Positions 1-12,310 of a DNA stretch of 64,000 nt are shown here, in pieces. The notes under the pieces are model-generated. The model was given only the letters and a program-made list of their open reading frames with translations, ran no database searches and had not been told where the DNA came from. Numbering within the stretch: position 1 is the stretch's first letter; the number at the start of each line of letters is the position of its first letter. A program made the translations under genes and the position numbers. This DNA is from Octopus vulgaris (Eukaryota): positions 123,690,001-123,754,000 of the forward strand of contig OX597817.1 in the NCBI GenBank assembly GCA_951406725.2. The letters run 5' to 3'.

Positions 1-824
1 TTTGGTTTCTCTCAGAAATAATGTTATTTAAACAATTTGTAAAGAGAAACAGACATGTGCAATTGCAGAGTTACATTAGAATAACCTTCTTATGCATACA
101 CACTGAAATTGGCTTGCTAAGTCTCGAAGCAACAAAAGTCTATGACCCAATCAAAAACATCAAAGCTGTTACAGATGCTACTACTGCTGCTTCTACTGCT
201 AACAACAACAATATCGACAACAACATAAATATCAAAACAGCAAAACCAATTGTTTCTAATTTTGGTATAAAGCCTGCAATAGTGAAGAGAGTTAAGTTAG
301 TAAATTACATTGACTCAATATTTAAGCTGCTATTTAATTCTATGGACTCCAGAGGGATCAAAGAACAAGTTTATTTTGGTAAGACTTAATTTTATGTTGC
401 AAAGAGCCAGGACAAATACTGCGAAGTATTTTGTCTGAAAATCTAACGATTCATCCAATGGGGTTCTGATATCACTTTTGGCTAAAGGAAAGGTGAAATG
501 TACTAATGCTAGCACTTGACTGGTGCTTTATTCTCCTGACTGCAGAAGGATAAAAGCAAAGTTGACCTTAGCAAGGAGTTGAACATAGAAATTAAGTGGT
601 TATAACTAAATCCTGCAAAACAATTAGTCCTCCACGGCATCTGTTGTTCAATTCACCTGCAATAACTTGCAGTAAAATTAAGAGAAACAAATGAGTGAAG
701 GTCAACAGAAATTCACATCAAACTTTAATTAGTCCATGTACATCTTTATTTAACTTGTGATTAGATATGTATTTCATTTTTATTTATAGCATTCATCAAA
801 TAAGTTCCAGTGTACAAATTAAAG

Positions 825-875
825 CTATGCTTAGCTGAGGAGGTCTGATAAGACTGGAACATATCCAGAGTTGTG
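825..875 (+). ncRNA. Degenerate minimal type I hammerhead-like motif (PLE-type)
   Basis: CTGAGGA(835-841)-GGTCT/GATA/AGACT-GGAA-CATA-TC. Homologous to the motif at 62968-63012. Confidence 0.45.
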
Positions 876-1347
876 ACTTCTTTTACCAAAGACAAAACTT
901 ACTTCTGACTCACTTATCATTTTTCGTTTTTCATAACTCGCTTTTCATTTTTAGTCATCTGCTTTTTGAAGTTATTTCCTGTGTGTCTGGTACACACAGG
1001 AAAGTATCATTAAACTGGCTGATTTTTTTTCTCGTTATCAATGATGAAATTTTCATTCATGAACATCTTTATTATCATCATCCTTTTATTATGTCCGATT
1101 TTCCATGCTGGCATGGTTTGCATGAGTCATTGCAATTTGAATCAGTTGTTATTTAGAAGGGCCAAGGGTCACATCTCATTCATAGTTCTTCCATTTCTCG
1201 CCAAGTGTTTTCCGTACACCTAGGGCAGAGAAGCTCATTGTATGCATTCCCAAATTACACACACAAATTCACAGGTAAAATATGTATTTAAAAAATTAAT
1301 AAATAAATAAATTCATGAATGGATATTTTCACAGGGATAATGCTCTT

Positions 1348-1520
1348 CTCATCATCATCATCATCATTGTTCGACCGTGGTCGAGACAATGGAATTTACC
1401 ATGTTGCGCCAGACTTCACGGTCCATCATAGCATTACGGAGGTCCTGTTGCTGGATGCCTGTATCCCTGGAGATTACATCAGGGTAGGAGAGTGTGCGCC
1501 CTCTGGTGTTGCGAGTAGAC
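1348..1520 (-). mobile_element. RTE-clade LINE 3' end with (GAT)n tail
   Basis: Minus strand reads STRNTRGRTLSYPDVISRDTGIQQQDLRNAMMDREVWRNMVNSIVSTTVEQ*, then (TGA)n. Terminal hairpin TCGACC-AC-GGTCGA. Confidence 0.75.
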
Positions 1521-1530
1521 ATGAGTCATT

Positions 1531-1855
1531 CCAGTTAACATGATTTTTGCACTTCCTGTAAGGATGGTAAGCCTGGTATCATTTTCAAATAGGTTTCAGT
1601 ACCTTTTTTCTATCATTCCTAGAGACCCTACAATCTTCTGGTACTGTAGTCACCTTGAGATGCCACATTTTTTCAGTTTCTATTAGCAAGTATATATTTA
1701 CTGATCTTGTCGAATTCTTTTGCCGCTATATTGTGATTGCAAGGAATACTCATATCAATTAATAAACACATCCTTTTTGTCTGATCTTTTATAATAATAT
1801 CCGGTTTATTAGCTTTTATTTTCTGATCTTTTATAATAACATCCGGTTTATTAGC

Positions 1856-1857
<2 letters not shown>
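1531..1857 (-). mobile_element. R4/Dong-like LINE restriction-like endonuclease fragment (older subfamily)
   Basis: Minus strand IKANKPDIIIKDQTKRMCLLIDMSIP...KEFDKISKY...VGSLGMI...EVQKIMLTG with frameshifts. Short internal tandem duplication at 1781-1857. Confidence 0.75.
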
Positions 1858-1906
<49 letters not shown>

Positions 1907-1934
1907 TACTATTACTATTATTATTATTATTATT

Positions 1935-2520
1935 CAGTAGTTTTATTTTTATAGTGTGCTTTCACTTCACTACCGAGCACAGCTCTGTGTGCCTTGGGTA
2001 TGGGCTGTGATTTGTTGTGATGCTCTGATGGTTATTGTATGGAAAGTGTTCTGCGTAGTATGTGTGCAGTGCCTAGTAGTGCAATTTTCTGTATGTTATA
2101 TGTGTTTGTAAGTCCTGGTGTTTTTGTTATGTATTTGTCTGAATATTTTTTTATTATGCCTAATGCACCTACTATGATAGGAATTGTTTCTGTTTTTAGA
2201 TTCCACATTCTGGTTACCTCTATTTCCAGGTCTTTGTATTTTGAAAGTTTCTCCATTTCTTTTAGAGACACGTTGTCATCTGCCGGTATTGATACATCAA
2301 TTAGAAAGTATTTTTTGTTTCATGATCTCTGACAACTATATCTGGTCTGTTGGCCTTAATTTCTCTATCTTTGTGTATCGGCATATCCCAGAGTATGGTT
2401 GCTTTCTTGTTTTCTGTGACCTTTTCTGGTGTGTGTCTATACCATCTTTTTTCTGTTGTTATTCCATAATGTTGGCATAGCTTCCAGTGTATGTAGGTTC
2501 CAACTCTGTCATGTCTGTGA
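1935..2520 (-). mobile_element. R4/Dong-clade LINE 3' end (REL endonuclease) inserted in a (TAA)n repeat
   Basis: ORFs 2301-2543 and 2032-2271: RHDRV...ILWD...ANRPDIVV...IDVSIP...EKLSKYKDL...PIIVGALG...QKIALLGTAHILRR. (ATT)n on both flanks. Confidence 0.9.
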
Positions 2521-2660
<140 letters not shown>

Positions 2661-2898
2661 TTAAAACAATTTGGTTTAGCTACTTGAGACTTAAAGCTTC
2701 ATAGGCTCCTAATAGAAACCAAGCTTGTTCAGACTCAAAATACTGGTAATCTGAACCTGAACAGGCTAGGTTTCTTTAAGACATTTATGAAACTTTAAGT
2801 CACATTGGAGCCAAATCAAACTGCTTTAAATAATAATATACGTAGCTCCAACTTAATGTGTTGAGTGCCTTTTCTTTCCTTTGTTTACTCACAGACAC

Positions 2899-2958
<60 letters not shown>

Positions 2959-4275
2959 TTTTCGTTGATATGTAGAATGTGCCAACGTAAACCAGTCATT
3001 ATATTCTTAACCAAGCAAGACTGATGAGTGACAGAAAGAGGAAAGTCTCAGAATAAATACTCTCTTGTGTTTGGTTGCTTCCTTAATGTTCTGGTTCTGA
3101 ATTCCACTGTGGTCAACTGCTTTGGCTATTAGCATTTCAGTCTCAGTAAAATAATCAAGTTCAGATCAAGTGTATTTAATCATCTATTGACTCACCCAAA
3201 CTGTTGACTTGTACACGGGTAAGAAATTATTATCTTGATCACGCACATGAAAATAAGAATAAAGTTTCTTGCTTTTCAGTTGTGCTGACTGAGTTTGATT
3301 GTTTCAGAACTTTTAGTAAAAGATTGTTGAGCGTATCAAACACTACCAACTGTTATTCAAGAAATTTGTACAGTCATTTACATTATATTGATTGTCTATC
3401 CAGAACAATCATTTCACAATTTTAAAATGAAGGTTATTTTTACAAAAGTGTATGACAGTTATTTGGCACCCAGGTTTCTCTAGTTAGTGGTTACAAACAA
3501 GAAGAAAATATATTCTCATCAGATCTTGTCTATAGAATAAAACATACTTTATTTTCATATAAATTTTTTATGTGAAAATGTTTGTTAAAGCAGTTGTTAT
3601 ATCTTTGGAGTTTCATTTTTGCCAATATGAAGTACAAGCAGAGGTTCTGTTTTCATTTCTTTTAAATATTATTAGTCAATTAATGAATTAATTAATCAAT
3701 TAACATATAGCTTCCTTGATTAGCTATTCAATCGATCATTGATCAATGGACCAGTTATTTTGCTGGGGTCCTTTCCTTATCATCCACAACCTCACAATGC
3801 CCCTGTTAGGAGACAATAAGCTAGACTTGGGATAACATGGCATGTCACTGATAAAGTCATTAATGACAAGGAAAAATTTCTGACACATCATCATATTGAT
3901 TTGCTGATTGAACAAATAGCCAAGCAATCAATTAGTTTATTGGTTAATTAGTTAACTATTTCATCATCATCTTCATCATCATTATCATCCACAGCAGCAG
4001 CACTTTTCTATGCTTGTATGGATTGGCTTGAAAATTTTTTAAGGTGGATTTTCTGTGGCTGGATGCCCTTCCTACCATCAACCCTCACCTGTTTCCAAGT
4101 AAAATAATGTTTTTCCAAGGCAAGGCATACCATGGAAAATTGGGAAAGAATGATGCTACTTACATGACAATAGCACTCAACTTTCATGCAATATCAAGAC
4201 AAGGAGTCACTCTCATGCACATTACATACAAACACACACAATGTGAAATGTATATATATATATATATATATATCC

Positions 4276-4485
4276 TTAAATCCTTAAAAATGTTTTAGCC
4301 CGAAGGCCTCGGCCATGCTGGGGCACCACCACTGAATGAGCTACACTAATATGTGAATCCACCTCTGATACGTGGCACTTGGTCAACAAGGGAGTTCGAT
4401 GCCGCTGCCTGCATCTGTGTCTCCTGTCGTGAGGTAGGTTCATCTTGGACCCCCGACAAGAAGAGATCCAGTTTAGTTTTAAAGA
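4276..4485 (-). mobile_element. CR1-like LINE 3' end
   Basis: Minus strand LDLFLSGVQDEPTSRQETQMQAAASNSLVDQ (LD.FL..V.DEP...AA.SNSL.DQ pattern). 3' UTR GGTGGTGCCCCAGCATGGCCG. Confidence 0.65.
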
Positions 4486-4519
4486 AACCCACATCCACAT
4501 CCAATATATATATATTGTT

Positions 4520-4715
4520 GTTGGCATCCTTTTTGTCTTAGGAGACAATGGAGTTACACATAAAATAATCTAGTCCAGTTTTTACATTTCATGTCCTCAT
4601 ACATCACCTGCTGTGGCTGTGTAGTCCTATCCTGGACAAACACTTCCTCTGGCAGGTGCCACAAATGTAGCGAAGACTTTGCCTGGCTGGTTGTAATGTC
4701 ATAGTTTCTTGTTGA
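4520..4715 (-). mobile_element. RTE (BovB-like) LINE 3' end
   Basis: Minus strand YICGTCQRKCLSRIGLHSHSR C-terminal zinc motif, plus an RTE-type terminal hairpin. Confidence 0.7.
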
Positions 4716-4732
4716 CGTCTTTACATATATAT

Positions 4733-5000
4733 AGTTGAAATTAATAGAAAAAGAAAAGACGAAGACACGTGTATGAGCAAAAAGCAGGTGTATTAGTTTG
4801 ACACTTGGGAAAATGAATAAGTTGTTTATGTTTTGAGCCTGTGCTCTTCAACAGAAAATAATAAGGGAAAATAAACAAAGAGAGAATGTAAAAAAGCTGT
4901 AGATTTAGTGGTCAAGCATGGTGAATGATTAGAAAGAAAGCTTGAGAGAAGTGGCTGGAAGAAAGGGAGATAATAAAGTGCTGGTGATCCAAAATGAAGG
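4733..5000 (-). mobile_element. PLE pseudo-LTR with decayed hammerhead-like motif
   Basis: Minus strand TTTT-CTGTTGA-A-GAGC-ACAG-GCTC-AAAA-CATAAA. Same family as 51420-51667. Confidence 0.6.
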
Positions 5001-5144
5001 TGCACATGTGTATGTGTGTATGTGAGAATGGTGTGTGTGAAAAAAAATATATACACATACACACACGCACATATATATGTATGTGTGTGTGTGTACATAT
5101 ATATATATATGTATATATATATACATATATATATGTATATATAC

Positions 5145-5179
<35 letters not shown>

Positions 5180-5198
5180 CACACACACACGCCCACAA

Positions 5199-5231
<33 letters not shown>

Positions 5232-6035
5232 CATAGATCGATATATTACAGGCTTCTTTCAGTTTCTGTTTCTCCATACAAAATCCATTCAGAAGGGTAT
5301 TAATGGCTTGGTCTATAGTAAAAGATAAAAATACTTGTTGAAGATGCCACACAGTGGGACTCACCCGCCTACCCTCTACCTGCCAATGTTTGCACCTTCG
5401 ACTAATAATAACAGAAAGAAGTGAAGTAGAACATACATTTCTTATCGACACGAAATCTCCCTCACAAGTCACTAGAATATCTATTTCATTTTACCTTTAT
5501 TTTTACCTTTATTCTATATTTCCATGTTTGTACATTGAGTTACTACAGGTTCAAATGCCACTGAGTGTGTAATGCCTATAACACCAATTCAATTATCACT
5601 CCGAGCCATTTTCATTTCACAACATTTTCATTTTTATATACTATTAGTAGGTATGAATGTTGCAAATCTCCATCCCATGCTGTGTCTCTTGAATATTTTT
5701 AGTCTTCAGCATCATTGCAGGAAACAATTAATAAATTGAAAATTTCTTCACAAAAGAATTTTCTTTCATCCACTTTATTTTATAATACTATATCTTGAGG
5801 TTGTGACTGACAATAGTAGCTGGTTCATTTGTTTTGTTCTGTTGTCTTCGATGGTTTTTTTTTCCTGTTACCATTTCTTCTAACTTGTATTAAATGCATT
5901 AAATATATGCACATTTTTATGTATATGACTTTCATTTCATACAAGAGAAGGTACATGTATATATATATGTGCATATGTATGTGCACATGCATTTACAATA
6001 TATATGTGTTATATATGTATATATATATATACATA

Positions 6036-6076
<41 letters not shown>

Positions 6077-6219
6077 GTGTGTGCGTGCATGTATAAATAT
6101 ATATATATATGTATATATACATACTTAACATTATAGATTGTATGTGAGTGAAGGTGAAAGCATTTATATCTATATACATAATATACATACATATATATGT
6201 GTGTGTGTGTATATATATG

Positions 6220-6252
<33 letters not shown>

Positions 6253-7097
6253 GTATATATATATTAAAACTTTGTAACATACCAGCATGAGAAGAAATTT
6301 AGCAAAAAATAAACTGAAATATATCAATGTATATAAGTTGAATTTTCATGAGAATCGATAATAAGTTTTCAAACCATGCCTTGTAAATTCAAATTGACAG
6401 TTAGTTGAATATTATCCCACAAATGTCAATGAATGAATTCAGTAACCTCTCTCTCTCACCTCTCTATCTCTCTCTATTTTCTCTGTCTCTGTCTCTCTCT
6501 CTCTCTCTCTCACGCACACACATTTGCATAGACACAGAGATGTACACACACTCAGACTCACCATCTTAACTTCTTTACCTCACCTGCCCACAAATTCAAA
6601 ACAACTATACAGAATAATAAAATGGACACCTCCATCCCACGACATCTCAGAAAACAAAAATATGAATACTAAATAAAAGAGAAAGAACTGTAAAAGAACT
6701 ACGCCAGGATATAAAGAATACTTAATAATAATGGCTACTTATAAGGATATCTGAATGATATTTTGGATTTCTATACATTAGGGATTATGTAGCTACAGAA
6801 AGTTCAAAATTATTTCTCACTCTTGAAAAAGTTTACCAAATTTTGGTAAATACATGTTAAATTACTGTTTCAGTGTTTTTATATATTTTTTCTTTATCAG
6901 TATTTATCTGCTCCATGTTTTTAGATTTCCATGAAACACATTTAAAGATAAAAGTATTTTATTTATTTGCATATCTCTTGCGTATGTGTTTGCATGTGAA
7001 AGATGTATCCCAATGGAAACTTTCTAACCTGTTAAATGTTAGAACCAAGGAAATACTGCTTGACTACATAATAGTATATGCATATATATATTTAGAC

Positions 7098-7144
<47 letters not shown>

Positions 7145-7178
7145 GAGTGAGAGAGAGAGGGAGAGAGAGAGAAAGATA

Positions 7179-8374
7179 AGTTTCTTTATGGGTCACACAG
7201 GGCTGCACACAGATGGGACAAGTTACAAGGTAGAGCTTTTCTTTTGGGGGATGAATAAAACAAAAAACATAATAAAAAAAAAAGGGGGTGGCGTAGGTTT
7301 TCGATCAAGAGGGATCGTAAAAGGGAAGAAAAGAACAAAAAAAAATAAATAAAAGAAAAAAAAGAAAAAAAGAAAAGAAAAAAAGAAAAGAAAAGGAAAA
7401 GGAACAAAAGAAAAGAGAAATGAAAAAAGAAGAAAAAAGGGGAAGAGGAAAAAAAAACGATCAATAGGGATCGTGTATCACAGTGTTATGATATATGGTG
7501 TAAAGGGGAAAGCAAGTAAGGTTTATCCGTGGGAAGAAAAGCCTACGAAAAAGACCACGGTAACCTTGGTCAATATTGTTATATGTTACCACATTTGTTT
7601 GCAAGTGGGTAACCCTCTGTTTTCAATTTCTGGGTTCATAGGATTATGCTCAAGGTGGCTTCGTCATTCATATGTGCCATCCTTGCTACATTCATCCATC
7701 TTTTTTTAAAACATTCGCTAGACAAAACTTGCCTCTCTACTCTCACTTTCCTTTTCAAGTGGTACTTGAAGAAGTTGATGAGAGATTGACCAGAGAGGAA
7801 AGTGTTTGTCTCCAATCCTTTCAGACGCGTCCACCAGATACATTCTTTCGCCATAGCCACAAGGATGATGAAAATAGCTCTTCCTTCCCGTTTGAAGGAA
7901 GGAGGCGTGGCAATATTGACGATAGACTCAGCTGATAAACTGACTCGTCCCACACGTGACAGCAGTTGTTCGACATAAGCCCACAGGTCGGAAATTGTTG
8001 GACACTGCACGAGTGCGTGCAGAACGGTTTCATTGCTCTGACCGCATCTCGGGCAGGTTGGCCCCGTGTTTCTCGAGCCTTGTCTGTAGAGCTTATCCCA
8101 AACGGGTAGCACTTCTAGGTAGCACTGCCAGGCCAGGGATCTCTGGAAGTTGTCCATGGGCCCTGGCCCGAAAGTCGTCCTGAACAGGCGGGTCAGGTAC
8201 TCCTCGTCGACGTCCAGGTTCGCCCCGAGCTCGTCGTCGTACCTCCCCTCCACTAATCCCTATAGAATGCTTTGGTTGTGTTGAAGTCACTCAAGGTTGA
8301 CCCAGGACGGCAGAGTTGCTTGAGAGTTGCTTGAGAGCAACGCGACACTCGCGGTGCCATTCGCCCTTCCTCGA
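7179..8374 (-). mobile_element. 5'-truncated Tx1/L1-type LINE (ORF2 C-terminus plus 3' UTR)
   Basis: ORF 7636-8253 has CPRC-x8-HALVQC zinc knuckle and IWWTR motif. 15-bp direct repeat AGAGAGAGAAAGATA at 7164-7178 and 8375-8389. Confidence 0.85.
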
Positions 8375-8380
8375 AGAGAG

Positions 8381-8384
<4 letters not shown>

Positions 8385-8476
<92 letters not shown>
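8385..8476. repeat. (AGAT)n microsatellite
   Basis: Direct reading. Confidence 0.98.
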
Positions 8477-8502
8477 GTATATATACATATATACACTTGA
8501 TT

Positions 8503-9395
8503 TCAACTTGAAAACGAAGCTCTCAATTCTGCATCAGTATTGAAGGAAATTCTGCACATAGCATTTGAAAGAGATCGAAAGAGGTGGAAATCTATTGGTC
8601 CCAAATCAGGAAAGTACAGCAGATGTGCTAGCACTTCCCAGCCATGGCTTCTTTGGTCATATTGGAATTTTGAGGATGGACGTTGTCGTGCAGGAGAAGT
8701 ACTCCATGCTGCCAATTAGCTCTTTTCTCTTCAATATCCGTATTGAGTCATCCCATCTGTTAAACATAGAGATCCATGTTGACCACTTCATTCCCTTCAA
8801 AAAATTGATAATGGATATTCCCTTCCCAGTCCCACCATATGTACAACATCGTTTTACGTGGATGAAGAACTTGTTTCATGCACAGTGTCGATTGTTTACC
8901 GGGGCTAAGCCATTCCCTATGCTGCTTCATATTGATGTACAGGCACCATTTTTCGCCGCCAGTAATGATTCGGTAAAAAAATCATTGCTTGTGTCCATGA
9001 GGTGAGTGGTGACAAGCAAGCAAACTAGTGGAGATTGTAACTCATTTGAGGTCAAAATTTCCATTTTTGAATTTGGCATAGCAATCACAAGCAGGTCTTT
9101 CAGTTATGGTACCCTTTCCATACACAGCACCAATTTCGCGAGCAGCTTTTGCGGCCTTAGAATCTCGATTAAAAGCAAAAAGAAGGAAGTGTCATAAATG
9201 CTCGTTTTTCTTAACTTGACATTCCATTTTAATGATCTGAAAATAAACAAAACTTAACTAAAACTAACAAGAAAAAAAAAAAAATTTCAAAATGATTCAA
9301 AACTAGAATTCTCAAAAACAAATAGATTTCAAAATCTAAAAAGGCAATAAATTCCAAATATTAAAAAAATGGCGTGAACTTAGTTGCCAACCCAA
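8503..9395 (-). mobile_element. Decayed mariner (D,D34D) transposon
   Basis: TA followed by TIR TTGGGTTGGCAACTAAG from 9395. ATG at 9227 gives MECQVKKNEHL*HFLLFAFNR...AAREI...KFKNGNFDL, then RIITGGEKW, LLHDNVHP, YFPDLGPIDFHLFRSL. Has stops, frameshifts and an internal deletion. Confidence 0.92.
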
Positions 9396-10067
9396 TATAT
9401 ATATGTATGTATGTATGTTTGTATGTATGTATGTATGTTTGTATGTATGTATGTATGTATATATTCTTGATGGACACAGACAAGTCTGTGACAGGTGCAG
9501 GCACAGTTGTGACAGGTCCAAGTATGGCTGTATGGTTAGGAATTTTGTTCCCCAAGTACATGGTTTCAGGTTCAGTTCCATTGCACAGCAGCTTGGAGAA
9601 ATGCTTTCTTGAATTGCCTCAGGCCAAGTAAAGCCTTGTGAGTTAATATGATCAATGGAAACGAAATGAAGCCTGTCATATAAATATGTGTGTTTCAGTG
9701 TGTATTATGTGTGTTTGTGCTGCCTTGTCTTGACATCACACATTACTTATCAACATGCATAACCATGATACAAGTGGTGTCAATTGCTTGAAGGACTTAG
9801 AGAACTATTTCTTTACTCAGTCACAGGTGAGGGTAATGACAGGTAGGGCATCTACTCATAGAAAATGCGTCCCAGCCAATCTCATTTGACTCTTGCCAGC
9901 ATAGGAAAGTGAATATAAAATTGACAACACAACATATATTCCCTTAAAGTAAGTATACACTGTAATAGTGATCAACAGCACTTCTTAAATCTTACACAAC
10001 CAAATGAAAGATGTATCAATTGTTAGGTGGGGTTGGCTTGTAAACATACTTGTGAGAATTTGTGTGT

Positions 10068-10121
<54 letters not shown>

Positions 10122-10224
10122 ACATGTCCACTTATCCATTACTATACATATGTACGCACTTATACACACATATGTATATGTAGGTGCATATCAATGTATG
10201 TGTGTGCAGACACATAAGGAGACA

Positions 10225-10545
10225 CCCCTTGGTCATGAATGACCATGGGATTGCACCTAGAAAGTTACCCTCCAAGGCACAAGTCCAGGCAAGGTCGTTT
10301 ATGGAAGACCAGCAGTCGCCCATGCATACCAGCCTCTCCTTTCCACACCACCTAGAGAAAGGCAAAGGCCAATACAGCTTAGCACCACCGATGTCACAAC
10401 TCATTTCTACAGCTGAGTGAACAGGAGCAACGTGAAATAAAGTGTTTTGTTCAAGAACGCAACACGCAGCTCGATCCGTGACTCAAACTCATAACCCCAT
10501 GGTCATAGGCTTGACACTCTAACCACTGAGCCATGCACCTTCACA
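10225..10545 (-). mobile_element. tRNA-derived SINE (family C) with RTE-like 3' tail
   Basis: Minus-strand head GGTGCATGGCTCAGTGGTTAG (A box), GTTCTTGAACAAAACAC body, tail CCATGGTCATTCATGACCAAGGGG. Related heads at 11408-11610, 16045-16225, 46655-46795, 59585-59910. Confidence 0.75.
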
Positions 10546-11004
10546 ACAGACATATAGATGTATGTGTATATGATTGTGTGCACGGATGTATGCTTGGACA
10601 TGCATGTATTTGTTTACATCTGCATAGGCATTTGTGTGATGTCCCTGTTGGCATTTCTCCTCTCAATAAATTATCCCCTCATTTGGCAGGTACCATCAAA
10701 GATGAAGAATAAAAGATTCCTTACTTGAAAAACAGATAAGTGTTAATGTCAGGAGGAGTATCTAGCTGTTGAAAGTACTTTTACAGCATAGAAAATAAAC
10801 ATTTGAGAAGCAGGATGTTCTCAGTGAGCAGCTTTTGATATTTCAACAATTTCAGGTTGGGAAATGGAGTGGAGACTTTGCAGGCGAATGCTTTGTTTTT
10901 CTGCTGTAGCATGCAAATTTGAAAGCAATGCTAAGAATTAGTAGAGAAACTTGAAACTTGAAAGCAATGCTATCTAAGAATTAGTAGAATGTTATGAGTA
11001 TTAA

Positions 11005-11225
11005 CCCTTCTGATACCAAACCACCTGAGACCATCCTCAGGGTCTATGACATAAACTTATGGTTCTAAACGGTCTAAATTACAATTTTCCATCAAAATTT
11101 TATGCTGACTTGCTCCAAACCTCCGGCTTAATAATGAGAAAGTAATTTTATGAAATACTTCATTGTTTCAAAAGTTAATTGAAATAAAGGCAGCATATGT
11201 TGACCAAAATACAGTAACGAAAGAG
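11005..11225. mobile_element. piggyBac-like MITE
   Basis: TTAA at 11001-11004 and 11226-11229. Imperfect TIRs CCCTTCTGATACC / AGTAACGAAAGAG. Diverged second copy at 60296-60495. Confidence 0.65.
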
Positions 11226-12039
11226 TTAAAGTGTTTATGATACCTATGGATTCTTGGGGTATGGTATCTAAATAATGATCTGAAACTTCTAGCAATATTG
11301 GTGATATAACAATCACACACATATCTATAAACATATGTGTATACATACATACTTACATACATACATACATTCACACATGCACACATACATGCACACACAC
11401 GCACATATGTTAGTGTGTTTCACTCTTGATTATAAGATTGTGGTTTCAATTCCTACAGCAGGTGATGCATTGTGATATTGAGTAGAACACTTTATTTCAC
11501 TTTGCACCAGTCCAACCAGGTGGCAAAAATTGATAATCTGGTCCTATCGAGTGGGGTAATCTATGTGCCACAAAATCTGGGAAACCAGTCATATGACCCT
11601 GTCTTCAGTAGGACCTTTGATCCCTTTTGTTTTATATATCTGTGTGTGTATGTGTGTGTGTAGTTGAGTTACCTTTGTAGTTACCTTTACTAATGCTGTT
11701 GCATACATTTGTTTTGACAGAGTCCAGTATATGACTTACATAATTGTAGTAACACTTCATCAATAGAATATCATCATACCATATGCAATAATGACAATCG
11801 CATTGGTGAAATGTTTATACAAATACATTTGTTGTGTCATGTATGACATCTAAATAATTAAATGAAATGATAAAAATAGTTGTGACCAATGGTAAATTAA
11901 GAATTTCTCACATTCTCACTTTAAGCATTGAATTCTATCTGAATACTGGTCCTCTTGATTTTTTGAATTGCCTACTACAGCAGAATTGAGATCCTAAAAC
12001 CAAGGTCCTACATAACAAGCATAGGTATGTGTGCTAATG

Positions 12040-12310
12040 CCACATAAAAAACACTGGAGTTGGTGTCAAGTAAAATGCACTGATAATGGTGCCATGTGAA
12101 AAGCAATCAGTACACTCTGTGAAATGGTTTGCATTAGGAAGGGCATCCAGCCATAGAAACCAAACCAAAATAAACTATGGAACCTACTGTGTCTTCTGGT
12201 CATGCCAGTTGCTGTCAAGCCATCCGACCCATGCCAGCATGAAAAATGGATATTAAGTGATGATGATGATGGTGGTGATGGTGGTGATGATGATGATGAT
12301 GATGATGAGG
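12040..12310 (+). mobile_element. RTE LINE 3' UTR fragment with (GAT)n tail
   Basis: TTAGGAAGGGCATCCAGC...CCATGCCAGCATGAAAA...(GAT)n. Further copies at about 15465-15730, 22640-22783, 33097-33296, 33955-34112(-), 44140-44420(-), 45630-45810. Confidence 0.7.

Noticed and set aside
21-389. 122-aa ORF at window start
   Set aside because: Includes CTA/CAA low-complexity sequence and an old SINE remnant, with no recognisable domain.
3020-3060. CTGATGA...GAAA hammerhead candidate
   Set aside because: The intervening GTGACAGAAAGAG cannot form stem II. The CTGATGA sites near 32032 and 60809 also lack stem II and GAAA.
8565-9005. 146-aa plus-strand ORF
   Set aside because: Antisense shadow of the mariner transposase.
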